Below, piece by piece: positions 17,044 through 25,867 of a stretch of DNA of 42,402 nucleotides. Under the pieces are notes generated by a model that ran no database searches, was not told where the DNA came from, and saw only the letters and a program-made list of their open reading frames with translations. Where the stretch lies: positions 1 through 42,402 of the forward strand of contig DASCOB010000034.1 of the NCBI GenBank assembly GCA_036011785.1. The letters are read 5' to 3'. The stretch comes from Anaerolineales bacterium (GTDB taxonomy: Bacteria > Chloroflexota > Anaerolineae > Anaerolineales > UBA11657). How positions within the stretch are numbered: the stretch's first letter is position 1; the number at the start of each line of letters is the position of its first letter. The translations under genes and the position numbers were made by a program.

Positions 17044-19419
17044 ATGAGTACACGCGAGAAACAGCGGAGTAAGGCAACGAAGCGCAGCACCAGGCGCCGC
17101 AGTCGCAAACGTGCCACGCACAGTGTACTGGCTGCCACCACGCCTCGGGCAGCTGAGTTTCAACATCGGCTGTTGGGCACGCTGCTGGCGACGGCGCGCG
17201 GCCTGCGCGATTATGGCGATGACCTTGTCGGCGTGGCATTGTTAGCCGGTGGGGGCATCAGCATACTGGCGTTGTTGGGTCTCTCGACGGGAACATGGAC
17301 GGCTGTGATCTCGGATGCGCTGCTGGTGTGGCTTGGGTGGGGCGCTGCCCTTGTGCCGCTTTCGATGCTCGCCGTGGGGATTGTGTTGCTTGCGCGGGGT
17401 TTGGGCTGGCGGCAGACTGTGCCCTGGTTGCGGGTCATCTCTGCTGAGTTGGCGGCGCTGTGCGTTCTCGGCGGCGCTCATCTAGGGATTGCGGTCACCG
17501 ATGCCGGCAATCAGGGTGTGGAAATTACCGAGGCGTTGCGGAGTGGGAGCATGGTTGCACAGGCTTTGGCTGGAAGAGGTGGCGGCAAGATTGGCTGGGC
17601 AATGGCTGTTTTTGCGGGGGAACTGGCGAGAGAATCCGCCGGTTGGCTGCTCGCGCTGATTGGCGGAGCTGCGCTGATGGTTGCCCTTGGAGTGCGCTGG
17701 CAGCAGCTGCTGTTTGGCCTAATCTCTCTACAGGGCAAATTGGAGCGCGGGCAGGGCGCCTCCAATCCCGGACGCGGCCGCGGGCGCAGGCAGGCAGCAG
17801 CGCGGAGCTCTCCGCTGCGCGCAACGCAGCCCGGCGGCGGGCAGCAACGTTTCACCGTGGCCGCGCATCATGACCGGCGTCCGACCAAGCCGCGGCGGCG
17901 TTCAAAGCTGCTGCCGCCATTGAAACTGTTGGGCGAGGGCGAGCCGTTGCGTCCCTCGGAGGCGGAAATCAACCGAAACGCCGAGATAATCGAACACACG
18001 CTGCAGGAGTTTGGCGTGCCTGCCGAAGTGATTGATTTTCGGGTGGGACCGGCGGTGACGCAATTTGCGGTTCAACCCGGATTTGTGGAGAAGGCTGGCA
18101 AAGACGGTAATGCGCGCCGTCACAAGGTGCGTGTGGCGCAGATATCAAACCGCGCGAGCGACCTGACGCTGGCGCTGTCCGCGCGGAGCATCCGCGTGGA
18201 AGCGCCCGTGCCCGGGCAATCCTTTGTGGGTATCGAGGTTCCCAATCGGCAGAAAACAAACGTCGGTCTGCGCAGTGTGGTTGAATCACAGGCGTTTCAC
18301 AGCATCAATTCGCCGCTGGCGATTGCGCTGGGTCGGGATGTCTCAGGCGCACCCGTGGCAGCTGACCTCGGCGCGATGCCCCATTTGCTTATTGCGGGCA
18401 CCACCGGCTCCGGAAAAAGCGTGTGCATCACCTCTATCGTGACCTGCCTGATTTGCAACAACGGCCCCGCCGATCTGCGTCTGGTGATGGTGGACCCGAA
18501 AAAGGTTGAGCTGCTGCGTTTCAATGGTTTGCCACACCTGCTGGGGCGGGTGGAAGTGGAACTCGACCGCATCATAGGCACGTTGCGCTGGATGACACGC
18601 GAAATGGACAGCCGCTACCGCAAGTTGGAGAAGATGGGCGCGCGTGATCTGGATGATTACAACAACAAGATTCAGCGTCGCCGGGGCGAGGAGAAAATAC
18701 CGCGCATTGTCGTGGTGGTGGATGAACTGGCAGACCTGATGATGATGGCGCAAAACGAGACTGAGCAAACTCTGGTTCGGCTGGCGCAGATGGCACGCGC
18801 CACAGGCATCCATCTGCTGGTGGCTACCCAGCGTCCAAGCACCGACATTCTCACCGGCCTGATAAAAGCGAACTTTCCCGCCCGCATTTCATTTGCGGTG
18901 GTATCTTCGACTGATTCTCGCGTCATCCTGGACACCACCGGCGCTGAATCTCTGCTGGGCCAGGGAGATATGCTCTTTCTCAGCCCTGACGCTCCCGCGC
19001 CAATGCGTATTCAGGGAGTGTTCACCAGCGATGCCGACGTCGATGAAATCGTGGCGCACTGGCGCGAGCATGAAGGCTCGGACGCTGCTGACGATGATCC
19101 GGCTGCGATGGATGAGACCCGGTTGCAGATACAGGCCCAAGTGGCCCCGTGGGATGACTTGCTCCGTCAGCGGGCGCAAGTGGCGGACAAAGATGACCAA
19201 ATTCTGGAGGCTGTTACAGTGGTGAGGAGACACCGCACTGCCTCTGTCAGCCTGTTACAGCGCAAATTAAAAATTGGGTATCCGCGCGCGGCCCGCCTGA
19301 TGGATGAACTCTTTGAGATGGGTGTTGTCGGTGAGCCGCGTCAGGGCGGCAAGACGCGGGAGGTTTTGCTGCAATCCGGTGACAAGGGAGACGCTCCTAT
19401 GGATGCCGCCGACGCCTAG
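17044..19419 (+). CDS. ftsK: DNA translocase FtsK/SpoIIIE
   Basis: N-terminal TMs, PHLLIAGTTGSGKS, VDPKKVEL, VVVDELADLMM, ATQRPS, GAESLLGQGDML and the gamma domain SVSLLQRKLKIGYPRAARLMD. Confidence 0.95.
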   Translation: MSTREKQRSKATKRSTRRRSRKRATHSVLAATTPRAAEFQHRLLGTLLATARGLRDYGDDLVGVALLAGGGISILALLGLSTGTWTAVISDALLVWLGWGAALVPLSMLAVGIVLLARGLGWRQTVPWLRVISAELAALCVLGGAHLGIAVTDAGNQGVEITEALRSGSMVAQALAGRGGGKIGWAMAVFAGELARESAGWLLALIGGAALMVALGVRWQQLLFGLISLQGKLERGQGASNPGRGRGRRQAAARSSPLRATQPGGGQQRFTVAAHHDRRPTKPRRRSKLLPPLKLLGEGEPLRPSEAEINRNAEIIEHTLQEFGVPAEVIDFRVGPAVTQFAVQPGFVEKAGKDGNARRHKVRVAQISNRASDLTLALSARSIRVEAPVPGQSFVGIEVPNRQKTNVGLRSVVESQAFHSINSPLAIALGRDVSGAPVAADLGAMPHLLIAGTTGSGKSVCITSIVTCLICNNGPADLRLVMVDPKKVELLRFNGLPHLLGRVEVELDRIIGTLRWMTREMDSRYRKLEKMGARDLDDYNNKIQRRRGEEKIPRIVVVVDELADLMMMAQNETEQTLVRLAQMARATGIHLLVATQRPSTDILTGLIKANFPARISFAVVSSTDSRVILDTTGAESLLGQGDMLFLSPDAPAPMRIQGVFTSDADVDEIVAHWREHEGSDAADDDPAAMDETRLQIQAQVAPWDDLLRQRAQVADKDDQILEAVTVVRRHRTASVSLLQRKLKIGYPRAARLMDELFEMGVVGEPRQGGKTREVLLQSGDKGDAPMDAADA

Positions 19420-19421
19420 GT

Positions 19422-20216
19422 TCACTTGGAGATGGGGTGGTGACGGGCTGGGAAATGGGCGAGCGCGCTGGCGTCCCTTGGCTTGGCCACGCATGCGGTG
19501 CGTGCTCGTTCTGCCGCAGTGGGCGGGAAAACCTGTGCGAGAGTGCATGCTTTACCGGTTATCAGGCGGATGGAGGTTATGCGGAGTACGCGCTGGTACA
19601 TGCTGATTATGCCGTGCGCATTCCGCCTGCATTCTCGGACGCGGCCGCCGCGCCGCTGCTATGCGCGGGAATAGTGGGGTATCGCTCGCTGCGCCTTTCC
19701 GGGCTGCAGCCCGGCGAGCGATTGGGAATCTACGGCTTTGGCGGAAGCGGGCACCTGTGCATTCAAGTAGCGCGGTATTGGGGCTGCGAGGTGCATGTGT
19801 TTACGCGCAGCGCCAAACACCAGCAGCACGCCCGGGAACTGAACGCCGCGTGGGTCGGCATGGCTTCCGAAACGCCGCCAGTGCAGCTTGACCGCGCAAT
19901 CATCTTTGCGCCCGCCGGATGGCTGGTGCCTCTTTCCCTTGGCCACCTTCGCCCGGGCGGCAGCCTGTGTATCAATGCCATTCACGCCAGCCCGATTCCT
20001 GAGATGTCATACAGCCTGCTGTGGAAGGAACGCACCATCACCACCGTGGCAAACGCTACTCGCCGCGATGCACACGAATTCATGGAGCTGGCTGCCGAGG
20101 CCGGGGTTACAACGCAGGTGCAGTCTTTTCCAATGTGGGCAGCGAACGAAGTGCTGCAGCAATTGAAACACGGCGACATAACTGGCAGCGCAGTGATCAT
20201 CGTGCGCGAAGATTGA
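19422..20216 (+). pseudogene. N-terminally truncated zinc-dependent alcohol dehydrogenase (MDR family)
   Basis: Retains GVPWL, CGACSFCRSGRENLC, GGYAEY, APLLCAG and GIYGFGGSG. It lacks the first ~70 residues (catalytic Cys and GH motif), and an in-frame TGA at 19380 lies inside ftsK. Confidence 0.75.
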
Positions 20217-20280
20217 CGCGCGCGGGCGTACCCATTCACGTCCGGCACCTCCAGCAACGCGTGTCAACCACGGCCACTTC

Positions 20281-20289
20281 TGTTACAAT
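20281..20289 (+). promoter_or_regulatory. Extended -10 promoter (TGTTACAAT) upstream of the reductase gene
   Basis: TGnTAnAAT match ~80 nt before ATG 20371. Confidence 0.5.
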
Positions 20290-20370
20290 GGCTGACCTGA
20301 AGAACCAACTTCGCACGCATTAGGTGCACTGGCCTTTTGCGAAATGAACGGCGAGAGATGAATTGAACGC

Positions 20371-21774
20371 ATGACGAAACTCGGCGGCGGTTCCAATCCC
20401 TTACGCGTGGCCATAATCGGTTCAGGCCCGGCCGGTTTTTACGCTGCCACTCATCTTTTCAAGGCGAGTGACGGCGTAGTTGAAGTGGATATGTTTGACC
20501 GGCTGCCCACCCCATTCGGGCTGGTGCGTTTCGGCGTGGCGCCCGATCACCTGAAGATAAAATCTGTGACCAAGGTTTACGAGCGCACCGCTGCGCGTCC
20601 GGAGTTGCGCTTCTGGGGCAACGTCGAGTTTGGCAAACACGTCACTCTGGAGGACCTGCGGGTGCATTACCATTGCGTGCTGTTTTCGTCAGGGTCGCAG
20701 AGTGACCGCAAAATGGGTATCCCCGGAGAGGACCTTGCCCGCAGCCATGCAGCTACCGAATTCGTGGCGTGGTACAACGGCCACCCAGATTTCAGCGAGC
20801 GTACATTTGATCTTTCTGTCGAGCGCGTTGCCGTCATCGGCATCGGAAACGTGGCGGTCGATGTCGCGCGTATCCTCTGCCGCTCCGAGCAGGAGTTGCT
20901 AGAGAGTGACATCGCTGATTATGCTTTGGCGGCGCTTTCGAAAAGCAACATAAAGGAGGTAGTCATGCTCGGTCGCCGGGGTCCGGCGCAGGCGGCTTTC
21001 ACGAATCCGGAGGCGAAAGAGCTGGGCGAGCTGGCCGACGCCGATTTCTGTGTTCTTCCGGAGGAAGCCGCTCTGGATGCACTCAGCCAGGCGGACCTCG
21101 AGAGCGGCGGCGATAAGAGCGTGGCCCGCAAGGTGCAGCTGCTGCAGGAAACATCACTCCGCATACCGGACGGAAAACCGAAGAGGTTGACCATCCGCTT
21201 CCTGGCGTCTCCGGTGGAACTTCTCGGTGACGAGACCGGCGGTGTTGCGAGAATGCGAATGGTGAAAAATGAGCTTTACAGAACCGAGAATGGGACACTC
21301 CGGCCGCGCCCGTCGGACCGGTTCGAGGAGATGCCTATCGGGCTGCTCTTCCGCTCGGTCGGTTATCGTGGATTGCCGCTTCCGGGCGTCCCGTTTAATG
21401 ATGATTGGGGAGTTATATTGAATAAAAAGGGTCGCATCGTCGACCCAGAAAGCGGAGATGCGCTACCCGGCCTATACACATCCGGATGGATAAAGCGCGG
21501 GCCAAATGGTGTGATTGGCACCAACAAAGCTGATTCTGTTGAGACAGTGAATTGCCTGCTGCAGGACGTGGCGGCCGGCCGGATGATCACGCCTGCCAAC
21601 CCAGGTGCTGCTGCCGCCGAGGAGTTGGTGCGGTCGCGGCAGTCCGCTGTTTTTACATTTGAGGATTGGAAGCGTGTCGATGCGCTTGAACTTGAACGGG
21701 GCGCGAAGGCGGGCCGCCCACGCGTAAAGTTCACCAGCCGCCGGGAGATCGCAACCGTACTGGGTCGGGACTGA
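20371..21774 (+). CDS. Ferredoxin/adrenodoxin-NADP+ reductase (FprA-like)
   Basis: IIGSGPAGFY, PFGLVRFGVAPDH, FVAWYNGHP, IGIGNVAVDVAR, GRRGPAQAAFT and GWIKRGPNGVIGTN. Confidence 0.92.
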   Translation: MTKLGGGSNPLRVAIIGSGPAGFYAATHLFKASDGVVEVDMFDRLPTPFGLVRFGVAPDHLKIKSVTKVYERTAARPELRFWGNVEFGKHVTLEDLRVHYHCVLFSSGSQSDRKMGIPGEDLARSHAATEFVAWYNGHPDFSERTFDLSVERVAVIGIGNVAVDVARILCRSEQELLESDIADYALAALSKSNIKEVVMLGRRGPAQAAFTNPEAKELGELADADFCVLPEEAALDALSQADLESGGDKSVARKVQLLQETSLRIPDGKPKRLTIRFLASPVELLGDETGGVARMRMVKNELYRTENGTLRPRPSDRFEEMPIGLLFRSVGYRGLPLPGVPFNDDWGVILNKKGRIVDPESGDALPGLYTSGWIKRGPNGVIGTNKADSVETVNCLLQDVAAGRMITPANPGAAAAEELVRSRQSAVFTFEDWKRVDALELERGAKAGRPRVKFTSRREIATVLGRD

Positions 21775-21795
21775 ATCCGGGAAGCGGGAGAAACC

Positions 21796-22548
21796 ATGTC
21801 TGGGCATTCTAAATGGAGCACCATCAAGCGTAAAAAAGGCGCAACCGACGCGCGGCGGGGTAAAGCGTTCACGCGCCTCGCAAAAGAAATTAGCGTCGCC
21901 GCTCGCGCCGGTGGCGACCCAGAAACCAACTTTCGCTTGCGGCTAGCTGTGACTAAGGCGCGCGCAGCCAACATGCCCAAAGATAACATCCGGCGTGCGA
22001 TTAAACGTGGCACTGGCGAGGAAAAAGGCAGCACTGCGTTAGAGCAGGTGACTTATGAGGGTTATGCTCAGCACGGCGTTGCACTGATGATTGAGGTGGT
22101 CACTGACAATCGTAACCGGGCAGTGGCGGCGCTGCGCCACGTACTCACCCGCGCGGGCGGGAATCTGGGCGAGAGCGGCTCGGTGGCGTGGCAGTTCGAG
22201 GCAAAAGTTTATTTCGCTTTTCCGCCGGAGGGTCGCGGCGAGGACGTGCTTTTTGAACTCGCGCTCGAGGCCGGCGCGGATGACCTAACGTACTCTGAAG
22301 AGATTGTGGAGATATTCGCGTCCGTCGAATCTTTCAAGGAAGTCAGCGATGCGCTGGAAGCGGCCGACATCTCTCCGGAAGAGGCCATGCTGCTTATGGA
22401 GCCTGTCAATTCAGTCGAATTGCCCTCGCAGAAAACCGGACAGGTGATGAAAACCATCGAGGCGTTGGAAGAACTGGACGACGTCCAGAACGTGTACACC
22501 AACTTAGACGTGACCGCAGAGGCGCTCTCTGCCTTTGCGGCTGGATGA
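21796..22548 (+). CDS. yebC: YebC/PmpR family protein
   Basis: MSGHSKWSTIKRKKG, NMPKDNI, YEGY, TDNRNR and LEELDDVQNVYTN. Confidence 0.96.
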   Translation: MSGHSKWSTIKRKKGATDARRGKAFTRLAKEISVAARAGGDPETNFRLRLAVTKARAANMPKDNIRRAIKRGTGEEKGSTALEQVTYEGYAQHGVALMIEVVTDNRNRAVAALRHVLTRAGGNLGESGSVAWQFEAKVYFAFPPEGRGEDVLFELALEAGADDLTYSEEIVEIFASVESFKEVSDALEAADISPEEAMLLMEPVNSVELPSQKTGQVMKTIEALEELDDVQNVYTNLDVTAEALSAFAAG

Positions 22549-22560
22549 CCAAGAAAAGCC

Positions 22561-23067
22561 ATGGCGCAGCTGGTGATAGGAATTGACCCTGGCACAGCTA
22601 CGACCGGTTATGGTTTGGTGCGGGAGGATGATGGACAATTGGAATGCGTGGGGTTTGGGGTGGTCACGACCTCGGCAAGGGAGTCGCTCGCGCTGCGCCT
22701 GGAGGCCATTTACCGGGATTTGACCACGGTCTTTCAGCAACATCGGCCTACCACCGCGGCGGTGGAGAAACTTTTTTTTCACCGCAATGTCTCCTCGGCG
22801 ATGGCGGTAGGGCAGGGGCGTGGCGTGGCTTTGTTAGCCGTGGCACACTGTGGATTGGACGTGGGGGAGTACACGCCGCTCGAAGTAAAACAGGCGGTAA
22901 CCGGCTACGGAAAAGCCTCGAAGTCACAAGTGCAGCAGATGGTGGGTACTCTGCTCAATCTGGAGGAGATTCCCCGCCCGGACGACGCGGCCGACGCGCT
23001 GGCCGTGGCGATCTGCCACGCTCACGCGGCAAGAACCGTTGAGCTAACCGCAAAGGCGCGAACATGA
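22561..23067 (+). CDS. ruvC: Holliday junction resolvase RuvC
   Basis: IGIDPG, AVEKLFF, EYTPLEVKQAVTGYGKA and PDDAADALAVAICH. Confidence 0.96.
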   Translation: MAQLVIGIDPGTATTGYGLVREDDGQLECVGFGVVTTSARESLALRLEAIYRDLTTVFQQHRPTTAAVEKLFFHRNVSSAMAVGQGRGVALLAVAHCGLDVGEYTPLEVKQAVTGYGKASKSQVQQMVGTLLNLEEIPRPDDAADALAVAICHAHAARTVELTAKART

Positions 23068-23645
23068 TTGCATCGGTGAGTGGCGCGGTGCAGTCGATGG
23101 AACAAGGGGCGCTGGTGGTGGAGGTGGGTGGCGTCGGGCTTCGCGTGTCAGTTCCAGATTCAGTTTTGCAAGGAAATGTGTCGGTGGGGGCAAGAGTGCA
23201 ATTGTGGACGCACCTGTTGGTGCGTCAGGATGCAATCACCCTATATGGCTTTTTGGAGAAGGAACAACTCACCCTGTTTGATATGTTGCTCAAAGCCCCG
23301 GGGGTGGGGCCAAAACTGGCTCTCGCGATTATCTCCGGCATGCCGGTGGATGGGTTGCATGCGGCTGTTACCAAAGAGCAGGCAGAGCTATTGAGCCAGG
23401 TTCCGGGCGTGGGCATCAAGACCGCCCGCAAAATTATCTTCTATCTTAAGGACAAATTGGAACCGGGTGGTCTGTTGCCCGAGGTCATCGCTGCCAATGA
23501 GTTGGACATCGAAATGACCGCAGCGCTCACCGCCCTGGGATACAGTGTGGTGGAGGCGCAGACAGCGTTGCAGGCCATGGGGGCCGACGCGCCGGATGAA
23601 CTGGAAGCACGCATTCGGATTGCGTTACAATATCTCTCCAAATAA
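23064..23645 (+). CDS. ruvA: Holliday junction branch-migration protein RuvA
   Basis: MIASVSG, VGGVG, LYGF, PGVGPKLALAI, PGVGIKTARKI and ALTALGYS. Confidence 0.95.
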   Translation: MIASVSGAVQSMEQGALVVEVGGVGLRVSVPDSVLQGNVSVGARVQLWTHLLVRQDAITLYGFLEKEQLTLFDMLLKAPGVGPKLALAIISGMPVDGLHAAVTKEQAELLSQVPGVGIKTARKIIFYLKDKLEPGGLLPEVIAANELDIEMTAALTALGYSVVEAQTALQAMGADAPDELEARIRIALQYLSK

Positions 23646-23663
23646 TCACACGAGAGGAAACTC

Positions 23664-24518
23664 ATGCTAACAGACACGCGAATTGCCTTTATAGGGGCGG
23701 GCGCCATGGGCGGCGCGATGATTTCCGGGCTGCTCTCCCGCAAGCTGGTTGCGCCTGACCAGATCGTGGCATCCGACCCTCACGAGGGGATTACCACGAG
23801 ATTGCACGAAAAACATGGTGTCGGCGTCACCACTGACAATGTGGCTGCCTGCGAGGGCGCCGACATTGTGGTGCTGAGTGTCAAGCCGCAGGTGCTGCCG
23901 CAGGTGTTTTCCGGTCTGGTGGGCCACATCCCGGTTGATGCGATTGTGATTTCTATAGTCGCTGGAGCGAGCGTCACCGCTATTAGTGAAGGGCTGCAGC
24001 ACCAAAGTGTGGTGCGTTCAATGCCGAACACCCCAGCACAGATTGGGGAGGGCATCACTGTGTGGACTGAATCTGGATCCGTGGAGACGCTGCAACACCA
24101 GCAGGCGGAGACAGTGCTGCAGGCGCTGGGACACGAGGTCTTTCTGGATGACGAAGATTACCTCGATATGGCCACGGCGCTCTCCGGCACAGGGCCATCC
24201 TATGTGTTTCTCTTCATGGAAGCGCTGGTGGACGCCGGCGTCCATCTGGGGTTCTCCCGCAAGGTGGCGGAGGAACTGGTGCACCGAACCGTAAAAGGTT
24301 CGGCCGACTTCGTGCTTCAATCTCCCAGACACCTCGCTCGGCTGCGCGATCAGGTGACTTCGCCGGGAGGCACCTCCGCGGAGGCTCTCTACTACCTCGA
24401 GAAGGCCGGGTTCCGCACGGCGCTGTCGCGCGCGGTGTGGGCCGCTTACCAGCGCTCGATTGAACTTGGCCGCGGCGGTATGCGCCATCGGCTGGATGAC
24501 AGCGTCAAGTCGGACTAA
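23664..24518 (+). CDS. proC: Pyrroline-5-carboxylate reductase
   Basis: FIGAGAMG, VKPQ, SIVAG, RSMPNTP, TALSGTGPSY and VTSPGGTS. Confidence 0.95.
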   Translation: MLTDTRIAFIGAGAMGGAMISGLLSRKLVAPDQIVASDPHEGITTRLHEKHGVGVTTDNVAACEGADIVVLSVKPQVLPQVFSGLVGHIPVDAIVISIVAGASVTAISEGLQHQSVVRSMPNTPAQIGEGITVWTESGSVETLQHQQAETVLQALGHEVFLDDEDYLDMATALSGTGPSYVFLFMEALVDAGVHLGFSRKVAEELVHRTVKGSADFVLQSPRHLARLRDQVTSPGGTSAEALYYLEKAGFRTALSRAVWAAYQRSIELGRGGMRHRLDDSVKSD

Positions 24519-24633
24519 TCTCCGCAGGCACAATTCCATCATCTGGCAGTCTGGACAGTGTGCACGCCCGTACTGAGTAATGAACGGGTGTGTCGGCGCG
24601 TCTGCAGCGTAAGGCTTATTCCGCAGATGATAC

Positions 24634-24667
24634 TTGACACAGCATATGAAATTGATTACACTATAAT
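24634..24667 (+). promoter_or_regulatory. Sigma70-type promoter for the sigma factor gene
   Basis: TTGACA (24634-39), 17 bp, TACACT (24657-62), with an overlapping TATAAT (24662-67). Confidence 0.7.
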
Positions 24668-24753
24668 AAGAAAGATATATGTCTTCTTTATTGTCGCGGA
24701 GTAGGCACGTATCGAGAGTCCTTGCGCATGGTTGTGAATGGAGGCGCTGGCAT

Positions 24754-25677
24754 ATGATTGACCACAGGACGGACAGCCTGTATCAATTGCAGGTCACCGC
24801 GAGTCAGGCTGATCTGCTCACCCACGAAGAGGAGATTGAATTGGCAGGCTACATCAGCGCTGGGCGAAAGGCCAAAGAGCGATTGGAGGCCAGTCGTGCC
24901 AACGCGCGCCAACGTCGCGCTTGGGAGCGGCAGATCGTGCGGGCTAAAGCTGCGCGCGACCAGCTGGTGCTGCGCAACCAAGGGTTGGTAGGGAAGGTGG
25001 CGCGGCGCTATTTCGACACCGGCCTGTCATTTGAAGACCTGATGCAGGAGGGCCAGATTGGCCTGATAAAAGCAGGGGAGCGGTACGACCCCTCTCGGGG
25101 AACGCGTTTTTCCACCTACGCTGTCTGGTGGATTTGGCAGGCAATTGGCCGGGCGGTGGCCAACACCGGTCGCACCATTCGGTTGCCGGTCAACCTCGGG
25201 CACAAAGTGATGCAGCTGCGCCGGGCTGAAAATACGCTCACGCAGAAATACGGGCGCGAAGCGACAAGCGATGAGATCGCCAAAAAGCTGAAATGGACGA
25301 CGCACCGGGTGGAGACGGTGCGCAAATCCACTGTTCCCATCGTGCGGCTGGAGAAACTGGTCGGGCCCGGCGATGAGCCTGATACCGAAGTGCAGGACCT
25401 GTTGTCGGATGAATCCGTGCAGCGGCCGGAGGACGAGGCCGAGCAGCGCATGCTAGCCACAGAGGTGGCTCACGCCCTTCTCGATGAACTCACCCCTTGG
25501 GAGGCCTCGGTGCTGCGCATGCGTTACGGTTTCAGCGATGGCCGCCCGCACCCGCTGAGCGATCTTGCGCGCCGATACGGCCTTTCGCGCGAGGGCATGC
25601 GCCAGGCTGCCAATCGCGCGCTGGAGAAAGTGCGCCGTTCGGGTTACGGCGATTCTCTGCGTGCTTACCTCGATTAG
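24754..25677 (+). CDS. RpoD/SigA-family alternative (group 2-like) sigma70 factor lacking region 1.1
   Basis: LLTHEEEIELA, NQGLVGKVARRY, DLMQEGQIGLIKA, RFSTYAVWWI, RTIRLPV and VLRMRYG...LSREGMRQ. ATG 24754 has a GGAGG RBS. Confidence 0.9.
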   Translation: MIDHRTDSLYQLQVTASQADLLTHEEEIELAGYISAGRKAKERLEASRANARQRRAWERQIVRAKAARDQLVLRNQGLVGKVARRYFDTGLSFEDLMQEGQIGLIKAGERYDPSRGTRFSTYAVWWIWQAIGRAVANTGRTIRLPVNLGHKVMQLRRAENTLTQKYGREATSDEIAKKLKWTTHRVETVRKSTVPIVRLEKLVGPGDEPDTEVQDLLSDESVQRPEDEAEQRMLATEVAHALLDELTPWEASVLRMRYGFSDGRPHPLSDLARRYGLSREGMRQAANRALEKVRRSGYGDSLRAYLD

Positions 25678-25765
25678 CACCCTGTGACGGTCGTGAGATA
25701 ACTCGGCAGTGCGGCGGGTGCGCGCGCTGTTTTTACTGCGCTGCGCGTGCTCCGGCGGCCTCTGT

Positions 25766-25783
25766 TTGTGAAGGACTGGACAA
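25766..25783. promoter_or_regulatory. Putative Rex operator upstream of atpA
   Basis: TTGTGAA-GGAC-TGGACAA has 2 mismatches to TTGTGAAnnnnTTCACAA. Confidence 0.6.
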
Positions 25784-25805
25784 CACAAACATCATCAGGT
25801 ATCAT
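25777..25805 (+). promoter_or_regulatory. Putative sigma70 promoter of atpAGDC
   Basis: TGGACA (25777-82), 17 bp, TATCAT (25800-05). Confidence 0.55.
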
Positions 25806-25867
25806 CCTTTGTCGAGCGTTGTTGGTACTTTGGACTATCATCAATCGTTACCCCCAAGGGAGAAGCA

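Noticed and set aside
25837-25846. atcatcaatc shared between the atpA leader and the rex promoter spacer
   Set aside because: A single low-complexity 10-mer at non-equivalent positions. Insufficient evidence.
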